Positions 23,445 through 35,300 of a stretch of 64,000 nucleotides of DNA are shown here, in pieces (the first letter of the stretch is position 1; each line of letters begins with the position of its first letter). Below the pieces are notes generated by a model. It was not told the DNA's origin and searched no databases. It saw nothing but the letters and a program-made list of their open reading frames with translations. The translations under genes and the position numbers were made by a program. Origin of the DNA: Marsupella aquatica (lineage: Eukaryota > Plantae > Marchantiophyta). The DNA is taken from contig OZ316895.1 of NCBI GenBank assembly GCA_973895155.1, forward strand, positions 124,001 to 188,000, given 5' to 3'.

Positions 23445-26400
23445 TCACCAGTAATCACCACAAGAACACATTCCATCTTTAAAATGGTGGAACCGATTTG
23501 CATCCCTTGCAATAATCTCGCGTCCGGTCACCTTAGAGATATACTTGGTTGCTGAGTGGCAATCTGAACACACCCGAAGGTTCTTACTTACACGAATAGG
23601 TTCTCCCCAAGGTAGGTGCATAAGTCCGTAAGCAATAGCCAACTTCTCACTATGAGAGTAAAGGGCTAGCTCTTTATCATCTTCATTGATATCATGCAAT
23701 ACAAGCTGGGTATCCGGAATGTAGCCTTCCGCCTTCAGTTTTTCACTCAATTTATTCAGCTCAGTATAGATCGCCTCCGCTTCTGGGTGAGATGTATCCC
23801 CCACCACAAATTCATGGATCTTGTTATGAACTTCGATCCAGCTACGTCCTGGCTCCTTCCTAATACCTCTCTCTTGCATCATAGTGCGCACAGATGACAC
23901 CTTCTCCCACTTCCCAGCTGCAGCATAGATATTGGAGAGCAGCACATATGTAGAGGCCTTACCGGGTTCCAACTTGAAAAGCTCGTTAGCGGCCAGTTCA
24001 CCCAGCTCCACGTTACCGTAAGTTCTACAAGCCCCAAGCAAGGCTGTCCAAGTTACATCATCTGGTTCGATCGGCATCTCACTGATCAACTGCTTTGCTT
24101 CTTCCACGTGTCCCGCCCGCCCAAGAATATCCACCATGACGGTATAGTGAAAAACAGTACGCTCGATACCATAATCTTGCGTCATAGCAGAAAAGATTCT
24201 ACGGCCATCATCAACAAGGCCTCCATGAGAACAGGCTGACAACACAGCTGTGAATGACGTCTCGGTGGGCTTCACATGGTCTGCATTCATTTGTCTGAAA
24301 AGTTCCAGGGCTTCCTGCCCATATCCGTGTTGTGCAAGTCCACCGATCAATATGTTCCAAGTGACTACATCGCGTTTCTCCATTCTGTTAAAAACAAGTC
24401 GGGCGTCAGCTATACTGCCACTCTCTGCATACATGTGAACGAGTGCACTACCCACACGCAAATCCGACTCCAGTCCGGCTTTGCTAGCGTGGCCATGAAC
24501 CTCCTTCACCCACTCCAAAGCCCCCGCACTTGCAGATGCATTCAGAATACTCGCGTAAGTGACTGCATCTGGTTCAAAGCCTTCCCGTCTCATTTGGAGA
24601 AACAACCGATATGCTTCATGCCCAGATCCATGTTGTGCAAGCCCTCCTATCATTACATTCCATGTGATTACATCGCGTTTCTCCATTCTGTTAAAAACAA
24701 GTCGGGCGTCAGCTATACTGCCACTCTCTGCATACATGTGAACGAGTGCACTACCCACACGCAAATCCGACTCCAGTCCGGCTTTGCTAGCGTGGCCATG
24801 AACCTCCTTCACCCACTCCAAAGCCCCCGCACTTGCAGATGCATTCAGAATACTCGCATAAGTGAATGCATCTGGTTCAAAGCCTTCCCGTCTCATTTGG
24901 AGAAACAACCGATATGCTTCATGCCCAAATCCATGTTGTGCAAGCCCTCCTATCATTACATTCCATGTGATCACATCGCGTTTCTCCATTCTGTTAAAAA
25001 CAAGTCGGGCGTCAGCTATACTGCCACTCTCTGCATACATGTGAACGAGTGCACTACCCACACGCAAATCTGACTCCAGTCCGGCTTTGCTAGCGTGGCC
25101 ATGAACCTCCTTCACCCACTCCAAAGCCCCCGCACTTGCAGATGCATTCAGGATACTCGCATACGTGAATGCATCTGGTTCAAAGCCTTCCCGTCTCATT
25201 TGGAGAAACAACCGATATGCTTCATGCCCAGATCCATGTTGTGCAAGCCCTCCTATCATTACAGTCCATGTGATTACATCGCGTTTCTCCATTCTGTCAA
25301 AGACCAGTCGGGCATCATCTATACTGCCACTCTTTGCGTACATGTGGACCAGTGCAGTGCCCACACGCAAGTCTGACTCCAGTCCCACTCTGCTAGCATG
25401 CGCATGAACCTCCCTCACCCACTCCAAAGACCCCGCACATGCAGACGCATTCAGGATGCTCAAATAAGTGACTGCGTTTGGTTCGAAGCCTTCCCGTCGC
25501 ATCTGGAGAAACGATTGATAAGCTTCATGCCCACTTCCGTGTTGTGCAAGTCCACCGATCATTACATTCCATGTGACTACATCGCGTTTCTCCATTCTGT
25601 CAAAAACCAGTCGGGCGTCACCTATCCTGCCACTCTCTGCATACATGTGAACCAGCGCAGAGCCCACACGCAAATCTGACTCCAGTCCCGCTTTCCTAGC
25701 GTGGCCATGAACGTCCTTCACCCATGCCAAACCCCCATCACATGCGGATGCATTCAGGATGCTCGTATAGGTGAATGCATTTGGTTCGAAGCCATCCCGT
25801 CTCATTTGGAGGAATAGTCGATATGCTTCCACACCATCACCACGTTCTGCACATGCTCCAATCATAACATTCCATGTAATGACATTTCGATTAGTCAACT
25901 TTTCAAAAACTTTCCTTGCCTCGGTGATGCACCCACATTTAGTGTACATCAGTACGAGAGCAGACCCTACACGCACGTCCGATTCAAAGCCGGCATGTCG
26001 AATACCCTGATGAATTTCTTTTCCCCAATTGAGAGCTAATGGGCTTGAACATGCATTCAGGATGCTCAGATACGTGATCTCATTCGGCTTCACGCCTTCT
26101 TGGCGCATTAGATTGAAAATTTCGAGTGCAGATTCAGCATGATCACTCCTAGCGTATCCCGCAATCATGCTGGTCCAAGTAATAACACTCTTCTTCTGAA
26201 TTTGATCAAAAACTCTACGTGCATCCGATAAACCTCCGCATTTGATATACACATTCAAAAGCGTGATTGCCACATATGGATTTTCGTGAATTCCACTCTC
26301 GATGATGCAATCATTAATTTGCTTGGCTCCTGAAAGGTCTTTCTGTTGCAAGCACATATGCAGAACTCTAACATATGTGTACGAGTCTATAGCAATGCCT

Positions 26401-26612
26401 CGCTGTAGACGATCTTTCAACATAGCAATTGTTTGACCCGTGGTACCAGGATGCATATGCCTACTGCCAATCCCTTTTGCAGTGACTTGAGACCGATCTC
26501 TCGTGCAATAACTAACATTAGATGGAAATCTGCAGTGAGTAACCAAATTCGCCCTTGCCTTAACCCACGCTGGGGTTGACCATCCATCCACCCAAAGTGC
26601 TAGTCTTGTCAA
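23445..26612 (-). CDS. PLS-class PPR protein with E1/E2 and DYW deaminase domain (C-to-U RNA editing factor), copy 1
   Basis: 23 P/L/S motifs, PG box PGRSWIEV, HSEKLA, CSDCH and terminal CSCGDYW. The start is uncertain because the listed start is TTG and the first ATG is about codon 53. Confidence 0.95.
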   Translation of the reverse strand: MTRLALWVDGWSTPAWVKARANLVTHCRFPSNVSYCTRDRSQVTAKGIGSRHMHPGTTGQTIAMLKDRLQRGIAIDSYTYVRVLHMCLQQKDLSGAKQINDCIIESGIHENPYVAITLLNVYIKCGGLSDARRVFDQIQKKSVITWTSMIAGYARSDHAESALEIFNLMRQEGVKPNEITYLSILNACSSPLALNWGKEIHQGIRHAGFESDVRVGSALVLMYTKCGCITEARKVFEKLTNRNVITWNVMIGACAERGDGVEAYRLFLQMRRDGFEPNAFTYTSILNASACDGGLAWVKDVHGHARKAGLESDLRVGSALVHMYAESGRIGDARLVFDRMEKRDVVTWNVMIGGLAQHGSGHEAYQSFLQMRREGFEPNAVTYLSILNASACAGSLEWVREVHAHASRVGLESDLRVGTALVHMYAKSGSIDDARLVFDRMEKRDVITWTVMIGGLAQHGSGHEAYRLFLQMRREGFEPDAFTYASILNASASAGALEWVKEVHGHASKAGLESDLRVGSALVHMYAESGSIADARLVFNRMEKRDVITWNVMIGGLAQHGFGHEAYRLFLQMRREGFEPDAFTYASILNASASAGALEWVKEVHGHASKAGLESDLRVGSALVHMYAESGSIADARLVFNRMEKRDVITWNVMIGGLAQHGSGHEAYRLFLQMRREGFEPDAVTYASILNASASAGALEWVKEVHGHASKAGLESDLRVGSALVHMYAESGSIADARLVFNRMEKRDVVTWNILIGGLAQHGYGQEALELFRQMNADHVKPTETSFTAVLSACSHGGLVDDGRRIFSAMTQDYGIERTVFHYTVMVDILGRAGHVEEAKQLISEMPIEPDDVTWTALLGACRTYGNVELGELAANELFKLEPGKASTYVLLSNIYAAAGKWEKVSSVRTMMQERGIRKEPGRSWIEVHNKIHEFVVGDTSHPEAEAIYTELNKLSEKLKAEGYIPDTQLVLHDINEDDKELALYSHSEKLAIAYGLMHLPWGEPIRVSKNLRVCSDCHSATKYISKVTGREIIARDANRFHHFKDGMCSCGDYW

Positions 26613-28953
26613 CTTCTGATTGAACTCAGGTGCTCTGGGCTTCCTCTGTCAGCACAACAACCCGCGATCAGATCTGCTACCAGGATAAAATCCAGGAGAT
26701 TCCACGAGGTGCAATGAATTTGTAGTTATTTCTTGACGACTATGTTTCCAGTGATCTTTCTACAATGAGTGTTCAGAAATGGATAGCAGACCGGTAAGCC
26801 TCTCGAGTTCTAGGGTGCATTCCTACCTCCGTCCAAAGATGTATTTTCTTGTCTCCCTTGCTCTGCTGTGATCTTTGGTACAGATAACTTGCAAAAGTTA
26901 AATGACTCCTTTCCAACTGAGAGTAACGGCTCTCTGTCAAGAATGCAATGATCTTAGAATAGAATATTGAAATAATTGTGAAAGGCATATCCAGGTATCA
27001 ACAAGCTCGTTCCTTCTCCCGTATTTCACTGTACCCACAGAAAGGACAGAGTCAAGAGCCTATCGAATTGGTACTAAAATACTTCAGCCAGAAGTCACAT
27101 GTTATCCTTGGGTTGTGTACAGGACAGACTCTTAGGGCATCTTGACACGCGTTCATTTGTAAGTTGCCTACACTGTCCTTTCTGCGCTATACACAAACCA
27201 GAATGTCAGGTTTTCTGAAAAGAGACTACTTAGAAATAAAGCCTAGCCATCATCTGTAGAATCCATCGTGATTAGACACAGATGACATGAACGTGAAAGC
27301 GCTTCCCTCCCTCTCCTACAATTCAGAAATAAAGGCTATCCATCATTCTTGAACTTGGCTCTTATACAATCCGTGAAGAGACACATACGACATGAATGTA
27401 ACAGCCTCCCCTCCCTCCCCTCCCCCCCGCCCCCCCACCCACCCTGTGCTTCTTAACACGAAAAAGGAATCAAACTTGAAGTTCAACTCAAGTCTTGATC
27501 ACATAAGCCTCATAGCAAGAAATTCCCGCAACTATAAATGTCACACCGTGGTGCTGGAACAAGAGTTTCTGTTTAAGAGTAGGTACGCATAACGCTGAAA
27601 TCGCTCTTCAGTCTCATTACCTGAAGGCCGTGTACAAGAACAATGGCGGATGCCAATACCAATCAAACCGGAAGATGAAGGATAAACTCTGCAAATCAAA
27701 CGTCTTTGTTGAGAATGTATTCAAGGTCGTTTGGTCACATCAAATCCAACAAAATGACATGCATACAAAATTAATCATACCTGGCTGAGGACTGTTGCCT
27801 AAAGCGGTCCATATCCAAAAGTTCCATCGAGTCAGCTCCGTTCCCGTGCCGGGAATACGGAGCTCAATGGTACAGTTTTGAGAAATACGATCTTACCTGT
27901 TTGACAAAGGTTCAAATGAGTCTAAGTAGTGCAATCTTGCAGAGCCGTCAAATTTCAAGTCTCATCTTTCCTTCCCATGGACTAAGAAAAGAATATTCAT
28001 TACGCGAAGGCTCTGTTGGGGAAACCTTGCCCGGGCAGAGGAATCTCAGCTCAGCGTAACAGTTGGAGGAAGCCCTAGAAGCATAGCAGTAGCGGTATCT
28101 TCTCCAGGATCAATTCCTCCTGCTGGACTCTTTTACGAATCATCCCAGCTTTGCCATCAAAACTTGAGAATCAAAACTACAAGTTTTGAGAAGAAAAAGT
28201 ATGAGAAGATCTTCCATCCAAACCCCAAAGCAACCCACCGTCATACCTGCACATTGCCCTCTGAAAAACTATGGCGCGAGTGCTCTTGTTTATCGCCCTC
28301 CAAGAAAGAACCCTTTCCAACTGAAGTGTCCTGCATACCAAACGAAAAATTGACGACATTTCTTCAAAGAAGAACTTGTGAACAAGTGTTATGGAGACCG
28401 TGTAAGTAGCAAATTGGGCAGGCTCGACAATTCGTTCAGAACAACAAGTTGAAGCAAGTGGCAACAAAATTGATCGAGATTGTGACGGGAAATCAGGAGA
28501 CGGGCAGCAGGAGACGTCATGCAAGAAATGAGCAGGACTTGAACCAGGATGGACAGTATCCCGGGCTGAAAAAGAGATTCTGTCCCGCTTCCTTGGGCGG
28601 GTCAGAGGTGAGAAGTATAGTTGCCCAGCAATCTAAGGTCGAAACGCAGAAGAACATCCAGTATAGCCAGGGCCTTACTAGGAATTCTCTGCCCAAAGGA
28701 AATGACGAGAGGCCGTGTAAAAGTGGTAACGCGACCCTAACAGGGATCACTGGATTCGTCAGCATGTAGCTACTACGCACTGCTCGATACCAACTCCCCG
28801 AGAAGCAACTATAGCAATTCAGCAATCCGAAGCCACTACGACAAGTAATTCTTAGCAGATTGTGAATTCTACAAGGATTGTTAGCTCATTAAATTAATTG
28901 CTGAACCACCATCCAATAATACATTCTTAATCTTGGTTCCTTTTATATTTAAA

Positions 28954-29084
28954 CCATTGCTCCCTTATCAGCTAATATTGTCTTTTCCAGCTTATAAGTT
29001 GGTGTTAGTGGTAATTTGTACCATTGCTCCCTTATCAGCTAATATTGTCTTTTCCCAACTTATAAGTTGGTGTTAGTGGTAATT
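28954..29084. repeat. ~67-bp tandem duplication
   Basis: CCATTGCTCCCTTATCAGCTAATATTGTC occurs at 28954 and 29021; only a single partial unit is present in duplication copy 2. Confidence 0.85.
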
Positions 29085-29949
29085 CCTGCTGATTATCTTC
29101 TTCATGTCTTGTTGTAGTTTACACTCCATGGCCACAAGACTTTAGGGTTTAGGATCACGCGTCCTGATTGCTGTAAAGCCAGGAATCGGGTGTTGCAATT
29201 GGATTCCAAGGAGATGAGTGTTTGGATGTTGGCCAGAAAGAGGTGAAACCCATGAGTGAAGTTCCAGGAGAGGCAGAGGGGAGGCAGTCGCCGCAGCGCA
29301 GCGAGAGGCTCTACGCGATAGTCATGCAACGGGGAGGTGGAAGGCAGAGTGGGCGGAGTTGATGCGAGGGAAGTTAGGGAAGAAGGCTGCAGTGCTATCC
29401 GGGCTCCAGATGCAGTGACGTTTGAAGAATGGCGCAAGGATCAATTTACTTTTTAATGTGGTTCCTTTGTATTTTCATGACGGGACGATCATTTTTGGGC
29501 ACTCGTGGCAAAAAGACCACGAAAAAGACCGGGCATTGCGATAGCTGGGCTGCACAAAAATGTATATGTATAGGGTTTTTTTCAGTGATGCTTAGGGCAA
29601 TTTTGGACTAGAATTTTTCAAGAAAAAATCCTGGCAAAAATTGGTGGACGAGATGCAAAACTGGGGGAAAACTCCCCCTTTTTTGGTTTAGTTGGGCCTT
29701 TTTTTGGTGTTTTTTTCCCCCAAAACCACGTCCCAAAACCGGGCCCAAAACTGGTGGACCACTTCAAAAACAAGGGGCCAAGCTCGGAGTGAAAAACCAA
29801 AACCCTAAACCCCTAAACTAGTTAGCGGCACTGTCTTATCAGGCCGCCCCCACTCAAAGTAGAATCTTAGGATAGGACTCGCTGTTTTGCAATCTGACAG
29901 TTAGATGTAGGTTAGGTTAGACTTGGCGTCGCTGGCCGTGCCAGGCATC

Positions 29950-30651
29950 GGCCCCCAGATAGTATTTAGTGCACCCCCGGTAGAAGCAAAGGGGGGGGGG
30001 GGGGGACTTTAGGTTCAAAACCAGATATCCGCGTGATGTGCGGGGAGTCTTGGCCTTCTGAATAGAGAGCACCAAGGGGTGGATGTATGACTAATCTTGT
30101 CGGGCGAGTGCGGGGCCGGGCTCCGTTGTAGTGTACAAACCACTGCTGTTGGGCCTGTTGATTTCGTTGAAGTTGAGTCAACCATGTGCGTATGTATGAC
30201 GGATTCTAAAGTAACGTCTTTACCCCACCATTTCCTTCATGTAAATTGGGATTGTATGTTGTGAGTCGAGTCATGATTTTGCAAGTCCTGTATGCGGGTA
30301 GAGACGCTTGGCCGAGTGCATTATGCGAGCGAGGCACGGGGTGCCAGCGGCGGATAGTGACTGCAGGCCCGGTTGAAGGCTGTATCATCGGATCCGGATT
30401 GGAGGCGGACAACATGACGGCTTAGAAGTCCTTAAGTCTGGGTCGATCGTAGTTATCGACGTGAGGTATGTTCCGGCGACGGAACACAAAGTATACCTAG
30501 GATAAGTATATACATATAGTTATGCGCTCTGAGCGCTAGTTTAGCCGAATAACTACGGATAGCACATCCCTCCTTGCTCGAACCCTCAATACTAACGTTT
30601 ATGTCACCACTAACCTGAACCTCGTGTAAGGACTAACATTTTAGTGTGACA
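29950..30651 (+). mobile_element. 3' fragment of an LTR related to solo LTR C
   Basis: GTCGGGCGAGTGCGG.GCCGGGCTCCGTTGTAGTGT and TTCCGGCG.CGGAACACAAA are shared with 8560-8950. It ends GTGTGACA; the left limit is approximate. Confidence 0.78.
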
Positions 30652-31414
30652 TGTACCATCGGACTCCCAATGATTTCAGGATTACAGAATTGCAAGGATC
30701 AATTTTCTTTGTATTATGGGTCTCATGGTGGGCCGGTCTTTTTTGGGCATTACTGGTAAAAAGACAACGGAAAAAACCACAAAGATTGGGTACGGGGAGA
30801 CAGGTGTAGGCTGCACGGAAAGCTATAAGGGGGTCAATGGTGCCCGGATTTGATGCGAGGGGAGTTGGAGATCAAGGCCACTGTACTATCTGGGCTTCCG
30901 ATGATTTCAGGGTTTACAAAATCCAGGGGATCTATTTCCTTTGTATTCTCATTCCTTTGTACTTTCATGGCAGGCCGGTTTTTTCCGGGGATTACTGGTA
31001 AAAGGCCCACCCAAAAGACCAGAAAGACTAGGTGTGCATTTCATGCGGCAGGCCACACAAAAGGCTATATAGGGTGATCAGACCACATGATGAGTTGACA
31101 GAGTTGGGTTGCAAGGGTGATTGATATTAGTGGGCCCTGAATGGTGGCTGGATTAGATGTGGTGCAGGTTTGCATTGAGTATGTTGCAGTATCCAAAGCT
31201 AGCTCCTGACTAAGCCATGTTTAGTTCTAATCACCGGGCCTTTATGTCCTAAGTAAGCCCTTTTCTTCCTAAATGTATTGCACTTAGTTTATATTACGTT
31301 TCCTTTGTATTCTTATGGTGGGGTGGGCTTTTGGGGGCACTCAAGGCAAAAATACACAAAAAAGCCCAAAAGCCATTCCATGCGCAATGGCACCCAAACA
31401 ATCATATATAAGAC

Positions 31415-31992
31415 CCAAAAACTCTCAACCCCAAACCTCACTTCTCAAATCCTCTACCACCAACCATCCACCCTCAACCTTCCATGCCAACTGACCTCAG
31501 CACAAACCATTAACCCTAAACCCTGAACTCTCAAGCCTTAGTTGACCCTAGGTCAACCCAACCCTCAACCTTCCACCCCGGCTGACCTTACCATAAAACC
31601 GTCAACCCCTAAACTCTAAAATCACCATCAGCCCCCAACCCTGACCCCTGAACCCTCTACCATGGGTTCTCAACCCAACCCTCAACCCTCAATTTGCAAT
31701 TAAACTCTAAACCCTAAACCCTCCCCTCAACTCTCAACTTTCAACCCTCAGGGATCCCAACCACTCGACCTGGGTGAGCTCAATGCTCAACCCTCAACCC
31801 TCAGCCTTCAACCTTCCACATTGTGTGACCGCAGCCCAAACCATCAACCCTCAACTCTCAAACCGTCCACTGTGAACCCTCCCCCCTCATCCGTCCACCC
31901 GGGGTGATCTCAGCACAAACTCTCATTCAACGCTCAACCCTCAAGTCTCAAATCCTCCACAGTCAACCCCAAACCTGAACCCTCAACCCTCG
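31415..31992. repeat. Degenerate CCCTCAA/CCCTAAA interstitial telomere-like tract
   Basis: Dispersed ACCCTCA, ACCCTAA and ACTCTCA heptamers on one strand. Confidence 0.65.
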
Positions 31993-32369
31993 AACTGGGG
32001 TTGATTTTGAGCTAAGTTTTCCGTGAGATAGTTGTGGCTATTGAGAATCCTGAGGACATCATCCTGCAGTCGGATCTCTTCTCTTACCTCACCTCAATTG
32101 GCTACACAACTGTTTTGAGAAAACTGTTGTACGACTGGGGGCAGTCAATCCCAGCCCAATCGCAGTTTGGATTTGGAGTAGCGCAGTTCGGCTCACTGAG
32201 CTGAATTCCAAGTGACAGATCAAGGTTTCTGCGAGAAAATTCGAGTGACATATCAAGTTAACAGTATCGCTTCTCAGGGTTCCTCCTTCTCACCACCAAG
32301 ATCTCTACATGAATCTAAGGAGATCCCCGGTGGCTATCCTGAATCTCGGGCTGTCCCAAGCTACAATGC

Positions 32370-35300
32370 CTGCAAAATTCATAATCTGCTAACAACTACT
32401 CGGAGTAGCTCATTGTTTATTGTTGCTTAAGTTGCTTCTCGGGGAGCTGGTACCGAGCTGTGTGTAGCTGCATGCTGACGAATCCAGTGATCCCTGTTAG
32501 GTTCGCGTTACCACTTTTACACGGTCTCTCGCGATGTTCTTTGGAAAGAGAATTCCTGGCAAGGCCCTTGCTATGCTTGATGTTCGTCTGCGTTTCAACC
32601 CTAAATTGCTGGGCATCAATACTTCTCAACTCTTACTGCCCAAGGAAGCGGGACAGAATCTCTTTTTTAGCCCGGGACACTTTTTCGTCTCCCAATCCTG
32701 GTTCAAGTCCTGCTCAATTGCTCTCCTGCTCACTGCAATTATTTGCATTTGCCTTTTTTTTTCAGACATGTCAAACTTTTAAACAAAATCTTCGTTTGTG
32801 AGCTTCTTTTTTTGCCCATCACAATGTGAATCAATTTTGTTCACACTTGCTTCAACTTGTTGCTCTGAAAGAATTGTAAGCCTGCCCAATTTGCTACTTA
32901 CACGGTTTTGCATATCATTTGCTCACAAGTTCGTGTTTGAAGAAATGTCGTCAATTTTCTGTTGGTATGCAGGACAATTCTTGGAGGGCGATAAACAGGA
33001 GCACTTACGCCAAAGTTTTTCAGAGGGCAATGTGCAGGTATGACGGTCGTTGCTTTGGGATTTGAAATGAAGAAATTCTCATACTGTCCTCTCAAAACTT
33101 GCAGTTTTGATTCTCAAGTTTGGATGACAAAGCTGGGATGATTTTTCAAAGAGTACAGCAATTCTTATTTCTTAATGCAGGAGGAAGTGATCCTGGAGAA
33201 GATACTCCTACTGCCATGCTTCTAGAGCCGGGCCCCCAACAGAGCCTTCGCCTCGTGAATTTTGTTTCCTTAGTACGAGGGGAAGGAAAGATGAGACTTG
33301 AAATTTGAGGGCTCCGCAAGAATGCGTACTTAGACTGATTTGAACGTTTGTCGAGCAGGTAAGATCATATCTATCACAACTGTACCATTAAGCTCTCTAT
33401 TCCCAGCACGGGAACGGAGCTATTTCGATGGAAATTTTGGATATGGAGCGCTTTAGGCAACACTCCACAGCCAGGTATGATTACTTTTGTATGCATGTCA
33501 TTTTCTTCGATTATGATGTGAACAAACTACCTGAATACATTCTCAACAAGGACGTTTGATTTGCAGAGTTCATCCTACATCTTCCGGTTTGATTGGTATT
33601 GGCATCAGCCATTGTTCTTGTACAAGGCCTTCAGCTAATGACACTGAAGAGCGATTTCAACGTTATGCGTACCTACTTTTAAACAAAAACTCTTGTTCCA
33701 GCACCACGGTATGACCATAATTGCGTGAATTTCCTGCTATGACGTTTCTGTGCTGAAGACTTGACTCGAACTTCAAGTTTGATTCTCTTTCATCTCCACA
33801 GAAGTACAGGGAAGGTTGTGTGTGTGTGGGGGGGTGTTGGCGCAGCGCTGTCACATGCTTGTCATCTGTGTCAAATCACAATGGATTCTCTAGAGCCAAT
33901 CTACATATGCTGGCTAGGCTTTATTTCTGAATTATAGTCTCTTTTGTAAAACCTGGGATTCTGGTTTGTGTATAGCATAGAAAGGACAATGTCTGGAACT
34001 TACAAATGAACGCCTCTCAAGGTGCCTTAAGAGTCTATTCTATACACAACCCCAGGAGAACATGCGACTGCTGGCTGAAGCTTTCTAGGGCCAATTCGAT
34101 AGGCTCTTGACTATGTAATCTATGGTTACAGTGAAATACTGGAGTCTGAACGAGCTTGATACTTGAGCTACCGTGATATGCCTTTCACAATTATTTTAAT
34201 TTTGTTTTCTAAGATCATTGCATTCTTGACAGATAACTGTTACTCTCAGTTGAAAAGGAGTCATATAATTTTTGCAAGTTATCTGTACCAAAGATCACAG
34301 CAGAGCAAGGGAGACAAGAACATACATCTTTCGACGGAGGTAGGACTGCACCCTAGAACTCGAGAGACCTACCGGTTTGCATTGGGAAACATAGTCCTCA
34401 AGAATCAAGTACAAATTCATTGCACCTCGGGGAATCTCCTGGATTTTATCCTGGTACCAGATCTGATCGTGGGTTGTGGTGCCGACAGAGGAAGCCCAGA
34501 GCATCTCAGTTCAATCATCAGACGACAAGGAAAGCACTGGTGGATGGATGGTCAACTCGAGCATGGGTTAAGGCAGGGACGAATTTGATTACTCACTGCA
34601 GATTTCAATCTCATGTTAGTTATTGCACGAGAGATCGGTCTCAAGTCGCTGCAAAAGGGAATGGCTGTAGGCATATGCATGATGCTGGTACGACGAGGGA
34701 AACAATCGCTGTTTTGAAAGATCGCCTACAGCGAGGGATTACTTTAGACTCGTACACATATGTTAAAGTTCTGCAAATGTTCTTGCAACAGAAAGACCTT
34801 TTAGCAGCCAAGCAAATTCATGATTGCATCATCGACAGTGGAGTTCATAAAAATCCATATGTGGCAATCACGCTCTTGAATGTGTATATCAAATGCGGAG
34901 GATTGCTAGATGCACGTCGAGTTTTTGATCTACTTGAAAAGAAGAGTGTTATTACTTGGAACGCGATGATAGCAGGATATGCTAGGAGTGATGATACTGA
35001 ATCCGCAATGGAACTTGTCAAATTAATGGGCCAAGATGGTGCGCGGCCTAATGAGATCACATATCTGAGCATCCTGAAAGGATGTGCCAGCCCAATAGCT
35101 CTAATATGCGGAAAAGAAATTCATGAGCGTATTCGACATGCCGGCTTTGAATCAGACGTGCGCGTAGGTACTGCTCTCCTACTGATGTACGCAAAATGTG
35201 GATGCATCACCGAGGCAAGGATAGTTTTTGAAAAATTGACCAATCGAAATGTCGTTACATGGAATGTCATGATTGGAGCATATGCGCAACGTGGTAATGG

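Larger units (their letters stand above)
22092..29119. repeat. Segmental duplication, copy 1 (~7 kb, contains a PPR gene)
   Basis: Collinear and near-identical with 54546-61483 outside the central PPR repeats. Confidence 0.93.

Noticed and set aside
23445-23900. U-to-C (KP-type) editing domain
   Set aside because: The canonical PG box, HSEKLA and terminal DYW indicate an ordinary C-to-U type.
24250-26010. Repeated plus-strand ORFs inside the PPR genes (also 56707-58467)
   Set aside because: Antisense shadows of the 303-bp PPR periodicity.
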